Below are positions 16,099 to 28,192 of a stretch of DNA of 64,000 nt, piece by piece. Made by a program: the position numbers and the translations under genes. Position 1 is the stretch's first letter; each line of letters begins with the position of its first letter. Where the stretch lies: the NCBI GenBank assembly GCA_021613535.1, contig CP075493.1, positions 2,728,001 to 2,792,000 of the forward strand, written 5' to 3'. The DNA is from Adineta vaga (Eukaryota > Animalia > Rotifera). Below the pieces are notes generated by a model. It was not told the origin of the DNA. It was given only the letters and a program-made list of their open reading frames with translations, and made no database searches.

Positions 16099-19000
16099 TT
16101 CGATATTTATCTTGTAATCATAATTATTGTATTTTATCAAAAAAAAAAAGAAAAATAAAGCAAAAGTGATAAAGCACGAAACCTGAACTATAGAAGTATA
16201 AAGAAAGGCACAACTTGTTTAGTTTTAATAGAAGAGAGAAAAAAGAAGGCGAAAATTAAAGCAAAGAAAAACACGAATAGATATTGATGATCTAATCAAA
16301 ATGATTTGTACGATGTGATTGCATAGTTTTTTGGGAAATGTAATTCATATTGTTTGACTCTTTCAAATGATGTTCCATATTTGAACGAGCTTTTTGCAAA
16401 TTATTTAATGTTGGCCGGACTAAAATAGAAAAGACAATAATTATTCTTTTAAAAATGAGAATCCTTCCCAGACAATAAGATCATCCGCATCTATACTTTT
16501 TTTATTGCTCTAATTTTACGAAATAAATTAATCTTATCTCAATTAAAACATAATTACAGATTAGAAATTCATCTTCGATAAAAATAGATATAGTAAGCAT
16601 TGTTACTAAGAATATCTATCTAATCGTTGTACGCACGCTTCCAATAGACTTTCTTAGTCACTTGTCTTTGTCCTCAAATTTTCAGACCCTTCCATCCTAG
16701 TCAAGAAAAGATCTTGTATGGTAAAATTCTCAGTTTGAGACTTTCTAGAACTTCAAATGTCATATTTAGTTTAAAGAACACACCAATATTAGCATTATAA
16801 AACACCCCACACACAGAGAACACAACAAAAAGATTATTTCAAGCAAACAAAACAACAGTCATTCATGCTATTTATCTAGATACATGCATTAAATAATCAT
16901 TGATCTATTAGTGAATTTCATTTGAAAAAGTGCAAGGGAAAGGAAAGAGATATAGTTTTTGATCGATATATATATATATATATGTGTGTGTGTGTTCGTT
17001 TCTTTTTTTTTCGTGGATTGAATGAAGTGTCACAACAAGAAGGAAAACTTACGTAACAAAGCCAAATAATCGTCTGTATTAGATTTTTTGTAATTTGCTT
17101 TCTGTAAAAAGTTTAGATGAAATAAGGATATCGATACGGATTGTATTATTGTTTTTTTTCTCAGATATACATTTCGAAAGAAATTGGAAGTAAGCAAAAA
17201 AAAAAGAAGAAATACTTACAGTTAATTGAGCTAAGACTTGTTCTAAATGAATCGTTTGATCTTTATATTTTTGTTTTAAACGTTGAAAATCTTGTGAACA
17301 TTTAGAAAGAGATAGACGAAGTTCTTGATTCTAAATTCGATTACGAATCGAGATGAAGGTCATAATAAAAAGAAAACAAGACGTTTTACTTCATTATGAA
17401 TACGTTCATCTGAATTTATCTTCGATGGTAAATGAGTTGTACGATATGTTTCAATTATTTGATAGATTCGTTCAAGAAGTGTCAAACATTGTTTAAGCGA
17501 ATGTAAACGATGTTCAAGCCATTCAATAGATGGTTCAGTTGTTGATGTAATCTTAATAAACATACATTGAAATGTGACAGAGAAGAAATGTAACATACAG
17601 ATTTTGATCGAAGTTTTTCTTGAATTTTGTTTTCAATTGCGTTTAATTGTTTTTGAATATCAATAATTAATCGTCGAAGATTTTCATGATTTTCTATTTC
17701 ACCAATTGCATATAATTTCTCACGATCTTGAATCAACAAAATTTATTCATCTTTTTTTTTTCGCTCCCATCAATCAGCAATTCTAACTTACTTATTTGTT
17801 CATTTTCTAAATAAATCAATTAAAAAAATTCAATAATAAACACAAAAGAGATTCTTTTCGACATACCAAATTCAATTGTTGATGATCCTAAAGGTCTCGA
17901 GCGTTTCTCTTCTAACATACTGGTAATAATGTAATTCTCTGAACTATTAACGGATGCTGATGCATCGATTAAACGAAGATCAGGATACGAAACACCACGA
18001 CCAGAGAATGTGAATTCTCGTGGTGCTCGTGATAAACGAATATTTTCATCTATCTTAATTTGTAATTCATTTTGTCGATTTACACTTCGTTCAAGATCTT
18101 GACGAAGATGACGCATTTCTTCTAACAATCCCGACATTTCCGATGTTCCAACAGTCATTTCACCTTTACCATGATCTAGACAGATGTTCATAGACAATGA
18201 AGAGATAACAAAACTATTTACCACGAGAAGACATTTGTTTTTCTAATAAACTTATTTGTTTATCATAGTGTGCAATTAATTCTTTTTTATTTGTTAATTC
18301 ATTTTGTAATAATTTAATTTCATGATGTAGTCTACAAGAAGAAAAACCATTTTGTTTAAAATATTGATTTCTACAAGACATATACCTTTGATTTTGATCT
18401 TGAGCTTGTTCAAGTAGACGTTTTGAGTAGCTTTTAATTGATCATTTTGTTTACCATTTTGATTATCAGTTAACTCAATACGAATTCGTTCATATTTTTG
18501 TTGATATTGATTCAATTCATTTTCATGAGTTTTTTTTATACTAAATTTTACGAAGAATAATTTGAAAACAAATGCATCATTTTCTTACTCATTCAATTGT
18601 ATTCTAAGTTGTCGAATTTGTTCATCTTTATCATCGATTTGTCGTTGAATCAATGTATAACGTGCACTAAGAAAATGAATACGTTGAATGATTTCATTTG
18701 TGAAATGAGTAATTTACTTGTCGACAGTATTATCAGGTATTGTATCTTTTTTGTGTAGTGATGTTTCTAAATAGGAAAACAAAATGAAGATTGTTCAAAA
18801 ATGGTTTAAAAGATATGAAAGTGAAAATTAAGATATAAAAGTGAAGATGACAAACATGAAATAGTGTTTTGTTTTCTTATTGACTTGTCTCAGCGAAAGT
18901 ATAGAGTAGCAAGAGCAATAGATGATATCAGTGAATTATATAGAAGAGAAGAAAAAGGATTTAACAATCACAAAATGTGCTTTCGTTTTTTTTCTTCTTC

Positions 19001-19529
19001 TTCTAAATCAATGTGTAGAAGTGCAATACATTTCTCCTTCTCTGTCTTATCTAGAATAATTGATTAGAGAGATATATTTATATTTGAAAATAAGAATCGA
19101 ATAAAAATAGATACTTGTTTGATTATCATTTATAGGTAATATATCAATATCTAAATTAATTATTAAATCATCGAATTCAGTGCATTTTCGTTCAGATAAA
19201 TGAGAAGTTTGTCGCTAGAATAAAAAGTAATATGTTAAATTCAAAGATATTTTAACTTAGTCGATAAATTATGAAAACTAACTTTGGATGATTGTTCAAT
19301 ATAATTTTGTTGATCTTTGATTATTTTTTCATATTGTTCTAATGTTACTCGATTGTATTCGAGAGTTTTATAGAGTTTATTAAATTCAATTTTCAATGTA
19401 TTTTTTTCGACATTATTCCCTTTTCTGAAAGAAAGGGTTATACAGCGTTAAAATTAGCGCCTTGAAATGCAAAAAGTTTGTCTGTCTGTCCGGCCCATCC
19501 AATCAGAATTCAGCATTCAGTAAATTGTT

Positions 19530-19835
19530 ACTATATTATCATATAAGGGTTGACCGAAGGGTAATCGAGGTCGAGGATCTCGAATCTGTTGTTAGTTTTT
19601 TGAAATACCAATTAATTAATTAGCTAATTAGCTAATTAACTCATCATCAATTATTATACTATCATATAAGAGTTAACCGAAGGGTTTTCGTGGATGGGAA
19701 ACTCGAACCCGACGTCGGTTTCCCTTGATTACCTATTAGTTAATTAACTAGTTAACAAATGATGAATTCTTATATTTCGTATAAAGTTCGACAAAAGAGT
19801 AATCGAAATCGGGGGATTGGAATCTTCTATAGTCA
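19530..19835. repeat. About 2.5-3 degenerate ~120-bp tandem units inside the HINE
   Basis: Recurring tcatataagggttgaccgaagggt / tcatataagagttaaccgaagggt / tcgtataaagttcgacaaaagagt. Confidence 0.7.
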
Positions 19836-20573
19836 TACAAAATCAGTGCCTTTTGAAAAGACCAACGGAAATTCACTTATTCGTTTTGGAAATGAACCGA
19901 AAGTGGACGAGACAATGAAGGGTTCATGTTAACAGCTAGCCGTAAGTGGCCGACCGGGGAGAGGCTGAGGAACGACTAGACGTGAATTTAGAGAGTGATA
20001 CTTCAGAATAAGGATTGGAGTGACTTTCACGTGCTTCGGACGTGTCTTCGCAGGCACTTCATTGATGATCTACGAGAACGAATCGGACAAAGTTCCGTTT
20101 CCTGAAAATGAAAAGCAGGATGAAACCTATTCTGGATACGACGCGATCATGCAAATATCTCAAGTCTTCGGTTATGAAATGATCTACTATGTTGAACAAA
20201 TCTCTCACATTACTCTCATGTGATTAAAAGGAAAATAGAAAAAAGGTCATGCGCGCTAGCGATTAGACATTTATTTATGAGCCTAATAGAAAGGAAAATA
20301 AATATGGGTAACGTTTTTTTTTAGAAATATCAAGCGATCAGATCCATGAATATTTACAAACAGCACTTGTTTTTGCTCTTTTCTTTCAAAAAATGATTTA
20401 ATGATACTTTAAAATGGTGAAAATATGAAAAACACTTTTAAAAAGGTTTTATGTATAAAGTTTGCTTGGACCGGGATCTTGTCAAGTCCAGGTACGGCTT
20501 GTGGGTGTTACTGAGCACTGTTATCATTCTTTCAGAAAAGGGTCAGCGAATCCAGAGGATGAGCGTTACTAGT

Positions 20574-20830
20574 CTACCTAACCCTATCCACAACCATCCA
20601 TTCATCTATCCACATATTGAACTATCTACCTATCTCTCTAACCATACTGACAACTATCCATCTATCTACCTAACCAAATCCACAACTATCCATCTTCTTA
20701 TCCATATAGTGAGCTGTCCAGATATCTTCCTATTTACCTAACCATGTGCGGCACTCTTCATTTATCTGCGCATATATCTATGTATCAGTCTACCTATCTA
20801 TCCACGTGATAGATATATAGGTAGATAAAT
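20574..20830. repeat. Degenerate strand-asymmetric minisatellite (ctatccatctatctacctaacc-like units)
   Basis: Repeated acctaacc / ctatccatc / ctatctacc motifs begin right after the first HINE 3' end. Confidence 0.65.
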
Positions 20831-21558
20831 CCCAGTGATATTATCACTGAGATATGACATGCACTCAGTACGAAAGAAAAAAATGACGTCAGACGTAAAC
20901 AGAACGGAAAAAATTTTTCGATCTGAATATCACACCGACTAGAAATGTAATATATATGTATGTATTCGTATACGTAGGGATTGTACGAACGAACGAATAA
21001 ACAAGAAAAAAACAGGCAAAAAGTTGCCCAACTTCTCCACCAAATGTGAGGTACTCGTAATGGGGATGTAACTGTAAACTCCAACCTCCGCTAGAAACGA
21101 TAGGCTAGATCAAGTAATCGAGAAGTCTCACTAAAATATAATGTAAAAAACCTACCAGATACAATAATAAGTGTGAGATATGATATGATGATATCTACCA
21201 CGTTTATTGGAGGGTAAATAAGGACAGAATCAGGATAACAAAAAGACTGCCGTGAGGAAAAGGAAAAACATCTCTATATGTATAAGTAGACATATAGAGA
21301 GAAACAGAACAAAAATGAGAAGATAATAGCACGAGGAAAAGAAATGAAAAATGAAAAATGAAAAATGAAAAAGACACAACAAAGGAGATCATCATGAAGA
21401 CATGATGATCAAGAGAAGACTACATTCCACAAGAAAGAAAGAAAACATGTCTGTGGTGACTAGAATGGAATCTAGAAGAGGAAAGGAAAAGAAAATACAT
21501 GTATATGGAAGGTAGCGTCATGAAGTAATATCCAATGACGCTAACAGAAAGAAAAGTT

Positions 21559-21963
21559 CTAAATGAATGTGCTGCTTGAGACGACCTTTCTGTCCAGAGC
21601 TTGTATTATCTGCTCATACTCATCGTCGTTTTCTAAGAAATAATTGACAAACTCCTTGCGGCTTACTCGTCCATCGCCATTAGCATCCATCTCATCAAAA
21701 AGCATAGTGCGTACTAATACAGAGGAGATTACAGGTGACATCCACGAAAGCAGTTTCATTCGTTTCAATCGACTATCGTGGACGTCAGGGTCCTGTCGTA
21801 TTGCAGTAGAGACCATTGTAGCTAATTCAGTTTTGTTTAGCCATCCCATGTCTGCAATGTCGAACTGATCGAATAGACGTCGCAGTTGGGCTTTTTTCCT
21901 GCGACGTTCTGCACTTAATGCATTATGAATCTGCCGTATTGCTCGAGTTGCTTTGTTACCCAT
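21559..21963 (-). CDS. Small intronless EF-hand Ca2+-binding protein with a possible N-myristoylation signal
   Basis: MGNKAT (MGxxxT), degenerate EF loop DIADMGWLNKTE, canonical EF loop DANGDGRVSRKE; TATAAAAA about 65-70 nt upstream on the minus strand. Confidence 0.8.
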   Translation of the reverse strand: MGNKATRAIRQIHNALSAERRRKKAQLRRLFDQFDIADMGWLNKTELATMVSTAIRQDPDVHDSRLKRMKLLSWMSPVISSVLVRTMLFDEMDANGDGRVSRKEFVNYFLENDDEYEQIIQALDRKVVSSSTFI

Positions 21964-22287
21964 AGTAGAAATCCAAGTGTTCGAAGATAGAAACGTTGAT
22001 GCGAAAAAGTAATAACTTGTTGCTCTTTTTATAGCAAAAATTTGGGATAAAATTGTGCAACGTCGTTGGAGAAATCCATTTCCAATTAGTGTGCGGGTCG
22101 GCAGTGCATCATTTTTTCCTAACTCACGATAGGTAGTACTCCTACATTTTTTCTTTTTGATGGTGGAGATATTCTGTTTTAGTTTGCTAGTGACGCAAAC
22201 AATTATTAGACATACAATTCGTCACACGTGGACCGCTGTAATTTTCCCCAAACTAATTACACAATACACGTCTATAATAACCATCGA

Positions 22288-22643
22288 TGTGAAGCTAGCA
22301 CGACGAAACACAGATTCAGCTAAAAAATTTTATAAAGTAAGTTCCGTCCATAAAAACGAGTCCATTCGACTCAGAATTTAATTGTGCGTCGAATTGTGCT
22401 ACTTTTATTCACGGGACAAGCTTTGAAAAAAATGTTGTGTACATCTTTATTTATCTCCTTTGTATGAGAAAAAAACCTAGATAAAATTTTTCAAAACTGT
22501 TCCTGTGAATAAAAGTAGCACAATTCGACGCACAATTAAATTCTAACTTGAATGGGCTCGTTTTTATGGACGGAACTTACTTTATAAAATTTTTTAGCTA
22601 AATCTGTGTTTCGTCGTGCTAGCTTTGTCGTGCTAGCGTCACA
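22288..22643. mobile_element. Foldback/MITE-like long inverted repeat
   Basis: Arms of ~130 bp (gctagcacgacgaaacacagatt...ttttattcacggga vs tcctgtgaataaaa...aatctgtgtttcgtcgtgctagc) around a short spacer. Confidence 0.8.
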
Positions 22644-24703
22644 AAAACATAGATTCTCTAACCAACGTGAATACCAGCTATTTTTGCGTTCTGTGCGAAT
22701 GTTAAAAAATAGGAAAAAATCACTTTCTCTTTGTTTCTGCTATAATCAATCATACCTTCATGTACTTTTCTTTATACATCATAAAATGCGATTGACACTG
22801 TCGAAGCGATATGTTCAATACATTTGGTCTTCGCTGAACATGTTTCTCGACACGAGAAAATCAATTTGAAGACAGTGGAAACAAAGAGATTAAAACAGAC
22901 ATGACTACTTAGGTATCAGCAGAACGTCTTGGTTGATTTCCTTCACTTGATGACACCATTAAGTGACTATTTGGGTGTGTCAAGCAAACCACGACGCGCT
23001 TCGACCTTGCTGCGTTCATCAATCCTTATTTTACGCTATAAAATCGATTAGATGATATAGTAACTTTATTGTCCTTATATCCTTTGATATAATGGATAGA
23101 AAGTTCTGTTTTGCTATAACATCTGATTTTATTCGTATGAAATAAAGATCTTTAAGTCCTCGTGTAGCAATAGGAATTCATAAGAGTTTATCTTATCTTC
23201 ATTCATGTCGTGATACATATGATATCTTCAGATAGATGTCTTGATATGTAGTTATTGACTAATGTGAGAGCAAATCAAATAGTTTAATTCCTATACTGGA
23301 AATGACGTGTTCATGCCAATTTTTTAAATCTTCGGTTACAAAGTAATCTAACATGATGAGCGAATCTTTCGCATTACACTCATGTGATTGACAGGAAAGT
23401 AGAAAAACGACCATTCGCATTAGCGACTAGTCGCGAGTGGCCTGCCGGAGGGAGGCCGACAAGCGATTAGACGTTTGTTTGAGAGCTTTATAGGAAGGAA
23501 AATAAATACCGGTGATGCATTTTTGAGAAGTGTCAAGCGATCAATTTCTTGAATGTATATAAACAGTACCTGTTTTTCTTTTTCTCTTGCAATCCATGAT
23601 TTTATAATACTTGGAAAGAATGAAAAGATGAAAAACACTTTTAAAAGTCTTTTATGTATAAATTTTGATTGGATCCCGATCCGGAGCGGGTCAGGTCCCG
23701 GTCCCGCTTTATGTCTTTGATGAGCACTCTTATTATTCTTTCAGAAAAGGGTCAGCGAATCCAAAGGATGAGCGTTACTTGTAATTATCGATCATAAGAT
23801 ATAATTTCTTAAAAGAGAATAAATGAATGAGTTTGATGAAAATCAATATTCTTTTTAGATATATTTACCTTGTTTTCTTCAGTTAGTTTTTCTACTGTTG
23901 ATGATTGAAGTATATCTGGTGTATTGACATGAAAACGTACTTGAAGTTGTTGAATATATTGATTTTGATTTCGAATTATTTCTCGAAGTTCTTCTAAATT
24001 GTCCGTATAATCAGAACGAATATTATCTTCATTTGATTGAATAATAATCGTAGAATTTCGTATCAATTCTTCTTCATTATATTGACGTTGTCGTATGGAA
24101 GAAGAATTATTTAAACCTAAACAATATGTTCAAACAATTCTTAGTTCAAAAAAGAAAAACAAATATTTATTTTCGATTTCATAATAAGCGATTCCATCTT
24201 CTACTTTTCTTTTTTCTACAAGCAATCCCTACTACTAATAGTAGTCAGTAATCACATAGTAAAAAAAGACGACCTCTCTGACGATTGGTATGGAACTCAA
24301 AATTAAAAGGTGAAATTTCCCAAAAATAAAGATAATTCTTTGATAACAATATTCCTAGTTTTATTTTTTTCTCTAATGTATAATTAAAGAGTTGTCACAA
24401 GTTCCATTTTTTTCCATGGAATATTATGTCAAAAAGGCGTTGACTGTAACGCCACCAATATAGTGGAACTGGCTCTAATCAAAAACAAAATACACGATTT
24501 TAATAGTTTTAATAAGGAATCTTTTTATGATATTTCTGTAATACTTTTTCTACGCCTTTTGTTGTAAATTCCAGATGTCGCCATCTGTTTTCAGTCGTCA
24601 CTGATTGGCATTTCTGGTTTCATTTTTTTTGTCAGATAACGTACTAAACGTGATCTTTTTCTCATTCACTTTTGTTTTAGATCTACTGAATTTTCAAAAT
24701 AAA

Positions 24704-25649
24704 ATGAGCGATCAAAGTGAGTATTGTATGTTTTGAATAGTATTCGCACAAAAAATATCCGATTTAGTTTTAAAAAATGAACTAGTCTGCTCTTTTTTTT
24801 TTAGAATTGGATGTTATTGGTAAATTAAAATATATTTTATCTTCACTTCCGGCATCACCAACATTAAAACAAAAATTGGAATCAACTTTTACTCAATACA
24901 ATAACCGTGATGACGAGGATACCTTGAAAATGTTAATCGTGAGAGCTTATGACTTGATTGTGAACAATCAAGAATTATTCTCAAAATCTGACACAATGTA
25001 TCAGCATTCGGAATCAAATACGAAGTGTATGAAGCAAATTTCAATTCAAAGTTTATTAAATGATACTTTGGATGAGCTTGATGGTCTATTAGCTGAATAT
25101 ATTAATGAATCAGATCATTTTGCTGCATTCGATGATGTGAAAAAGAAATTACGCCAATTATTCAATCATTTAGAAGAAAGAATTTGCACTTTAGAAAAGC
25201 AAGTCAAGGCATTACAATCTCATGCTTCGAATTCAGAAGAAATTGAAAAAAATGCAAACTTTATTCAAATGGGTAACATTGCAACACAACTTCGAAATAA
25301 AATGGTTCGCTACATAAAACCATCTCTGACAAAGCGAGCAGCTCGAGATGAATATCTTTATGCATTAAATGGTGAAGGAAAATTTTCAAATTTAACCGCA
25401 CTTATTCAAACATATAATCCAAGTCTCACCGTATTCGATCTTGCTCGTTCGATAAATGCATTAACCAAAGAACGTGCTGATAAAGCACATGATGAACAAC
25501 CATTATCATCTGATCAAATTGATTCTATTGCTGCAGAATTTATTTCCAATACAGATGAATATTTAGGTGAACAAGCAACGACAGTCATTTTTTTTTTAAA
25601 AGTTTTAGCAGAGCAACTTCATGAACCACTCATTGTTACTTTAAAATGA
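24704..25649 (+). CDS. Orphan helical/coiled-coil protein, ~285 aa, two coding exons
   Basis: ATG 24704 (MSDQ-a|gtgag) splices in frame to ttttag|aa at 24805. The ORF is open to 25649 and an AATAAA follows the stop. Heptad LEERICTLEKQVKAL. Confidence 0.7.
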
Positions 25650-25794
25650 TATGATTATAAATAAAATATCTTAAACAAAAATATTTTCTCTTTCCTCTTT
25701 GTCATCAACTATAGAATCAGTAACATGTTTTTTTTACATTTATCTTTGCCAATCCTCAATAGATTCTGATCATCATATCAATTGTTCTTTAATC

Positions 25795-26620
25795 ATTAAA
25801 GCTTTCGCTTTCCAATGTGTGGATATGTTAGTGGCAAATGGATTTTCAGTCGAAAAAGATATTCGATTAGCTAAGCAACCTCAAAAGGAATTAATTAAAC
25901 GAGTTCAAGTATGATGATTGATCTCATTTAATTTTAGAAACGTTCATTTTATTCATTTTCAATAGTGCAACAAAAGTAATGAGTGCAGTTATTGAAAGAT
26001 CACCTCGTTTATAATTAATTGGATGTGCAGGAACAGGAACAGATAATATCGATACAGACACAGCAACTCGTCATGGAATTCTTGTCATGAAGTTTGTATC
26101 ATCAGCTTCTTCTTCTATGTCTTAATCTATTTTCATATAATTTAGTACTCCTGGTGGAAATACTCTTTCAGCAGCTGAGCATACTTGTGCTTCATTAAAA
26201 TTAGGTGCTTATTGGCTACAATCAACATTTATGAGTGAAGAATTAAATGGTAAAACATTAGCAATTATAGATTTAGGAAGAATTGGACGAGAAGTTGAAA
26301 AACGAATGCAATCATTTAATACGAAAGTTAGAGATCAAATACACTTTTATATGAAGATAATCTTTTTTTAATTTTATTTAGACCATTGATTGTGATGCCA
26401 TTATCACTGTTGACCAAAGTTTAAGATTTAGAGTGACATAATTGATGAAACAACACTTCTTTATGCACTCAATTCTGGTCATTGAAGTGGTGTTGCTTTG
26501 AATGTTTTTGATGAACAAATACTTGTGGATTTAAAACTCATTCACATCCTGATGTGATCTGTACACCATATTTAAGTGCAAACACACGTGAAGCACAATA
26601 AATGATTGATTTCAAACAAG
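25795..26620 (+). pseudogene. PHGDH: D-3-phosphoglycerate dehydrogenase pseudogene, retaining introns
   Basis: [84 protein letters not shown], with an in-frame stop, deletions and a degraded GxGxxG. Confidence 0.88.
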
Positions 26621-27380
26621 GTCATCCATTATAATTGAAGTATAGTGGATGAGTCAACAGTTGCACAGCACAGTTTGGTCAAGAAAATCGACCTATTCTA
26701 TTGCTTAGGAAATGGTTGGGACAAATTATTGGTTGTAAAACAATTTGTTAAACGTTTTAATATTGATTTATTAAGCATGTTCGATCGTGGTGAAATATCT
26801 GTGCATGTAAATCATAAATGTGTTGTGATTAGAATTCAAATATTACCTTCAAAATTTTGATCAAACACTATTAATATATCGATTATTATTTGTTGCATCT
26901 CTATTTAAATTTTCATCTATATTAGACTGTTAACCATTGAGATATTATAAAGATTTAAAGACGTTATCAACATCGATCACAAATACTGGTTTAGACATGT
27001 ACCCACAACATTTAGTCGACATATATGTTTAGTAATGATACAACGAAAGTTTCAAGAAATTGATGCATGTGATGTTTGATATAGATTTCTTTTACTACAA
27101 TCAATTAGTTATTGTTTTGAATAAATATTTAACTAAATAATATAGATTTATATTTATAGTTATTTTGGTGCGCTGAAAAATCTTTGATAAAGAATTGCTG
27201 TTAGTAGAATGATGATTATCAGAAGAAAAAAACTGGCATTATCTGAAAATTTATGTCGCATCATTTATCGTTTATAAAGGGATAGATATTCACGATGTAT
27301 TCTTTGACAATAAATAATGATAAAAATAATTCTCACGTGCTAGTAGTATAATCTAAATAATTTTTATTATACAAATCTAT

Positions 27381-27870
27381 TCTAATCAGTATTAGGACGA
27401 CGAAGTTCTTCTTGTACAAGATGTCCATAGATAATATCAATAAAAGGTGATGAAATAATATAGTAATCCAAAAGTAATGTTAATAAACCAAATAATATCG
27501 TCAATGGTCGTTGTAAATGAATTGAAGTTTTCATAACAATATACACACTTAGTTATAATGTAAAATACTAAAAATCCATATAAATAGCATTGCGATGAAT
27601 CAAAACACATTTTTAGAACTAACTATTGGACGAATATGTGACACAATGAATAAACAATTCTGTTTAAATAATCGATCAAGAAAAGTGTATTCATTCGTCT
27701 GTTGTGGACTTTACATAATCCACCAGCTGCAGAATATTACCAATAAGTCTATGAATACGTTCTCATGATAAAAAATAGCAGTGTGATCTGAAGCCTATAT
27801 GAAATCATAGAAATAACCAAGAGTTTTCTCAGCACTAATTCCACCAATTCCACATAAGAGATCTATGGAA
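27381..27870 (-). pseudogene. Decayed small membrane-protein gene
   Basis: Open C-terminal stretch HLQRPLTILFGLLTLLLDYYIISSPFIDIIYGHLVQEELRRPNTD*; broken upstream segments (DLLCGIGGISAEK, AAGGL). Confidence 0.45.
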
Positions 27871-28192
27871 CTTTCCGTCACGCTTGGACAGGCCGTATAA
27901 TAGGTTTCATAATATGAATATCAACTATTCGATAAAAGCTTGATGAATGAGAAATATTTTGAGAAAAGAAAGTTCAGCTATACTATAAAAACATGAATTG
28001 ATGTTTTTCGTGTTCAGTTTGATAATCTGCATTTCGATCTATGACGACTTATATTATGAACTGAAGTAAATAAATCTGACGGAATGCTATTAAATGTTGA
28101 TCGAATGTTGCTAATAAACCATATACAAAAAGATACGAAGAATTGATACATAAAAATAGTGTCTAATCAATATTAAAATCCATAGTAAAAAT

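Larger units (their letters stand above)
19416..23781 (+). mobile_element. Composite Helentron/HINE (DINE-1-like) rolling-circle element with two 3' ends
   Basis: Absent from copy B, with no TSD. The 16-bp subterminal IR CCCTTTTCTGAAAGAA (19418-19433) matches TTCTTTCAGAAAAGGG at 20527-20542 and 23736-23751. Also has a 5' palindrome and a GTCT microsatellite at ~19480. A stem-loop ATCC-nnn-GGAT precedes each end (TTACTAG 20572; TTACTTG 23781). Confidence 0.85.
15783..24234. repeat. Copy A of a ~4.1 kb direct segmental duplication (15783-19415 plus 23782-24234), interrupted by a 4.4 kb insertion
   Basis: Near-identical to 30874-34949 by eye, with scattered substitutions and small indels. Confidence 0.97.
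16292..24234 (-). pseudogene. 5'-truncated duplicate of the CDK5RAP2/centrosomin 3' exons
   Basis: Lacks all upstream exons. Has a 2-nt insertion at ~18421 (acgttttgag vs acgttgag in copy B) and a transposon insertion at 19416. Confidence 0.88.

Noticed and set aside
19530-20830. Repeats as a CRISPR-like array
   Set aside because: Degenerate tandem units without identical repeats or unique spacers, in a eukaryotic context with no cas genes.
20451-21395. Short ORFs 20451-20741, 20794-21084 and 21204-21395
   Set aside because: They arise from minisatellite or purine-rich low-complexity sequence, with no recognisable motifs.
24270-24320. CTGACGA...GAAA as a hammerhead ribozyme (Penelope/Terminon-like)
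   Set aside because: No complementary stem II or flanking stems, and no RT or telomeric repeats nearby.
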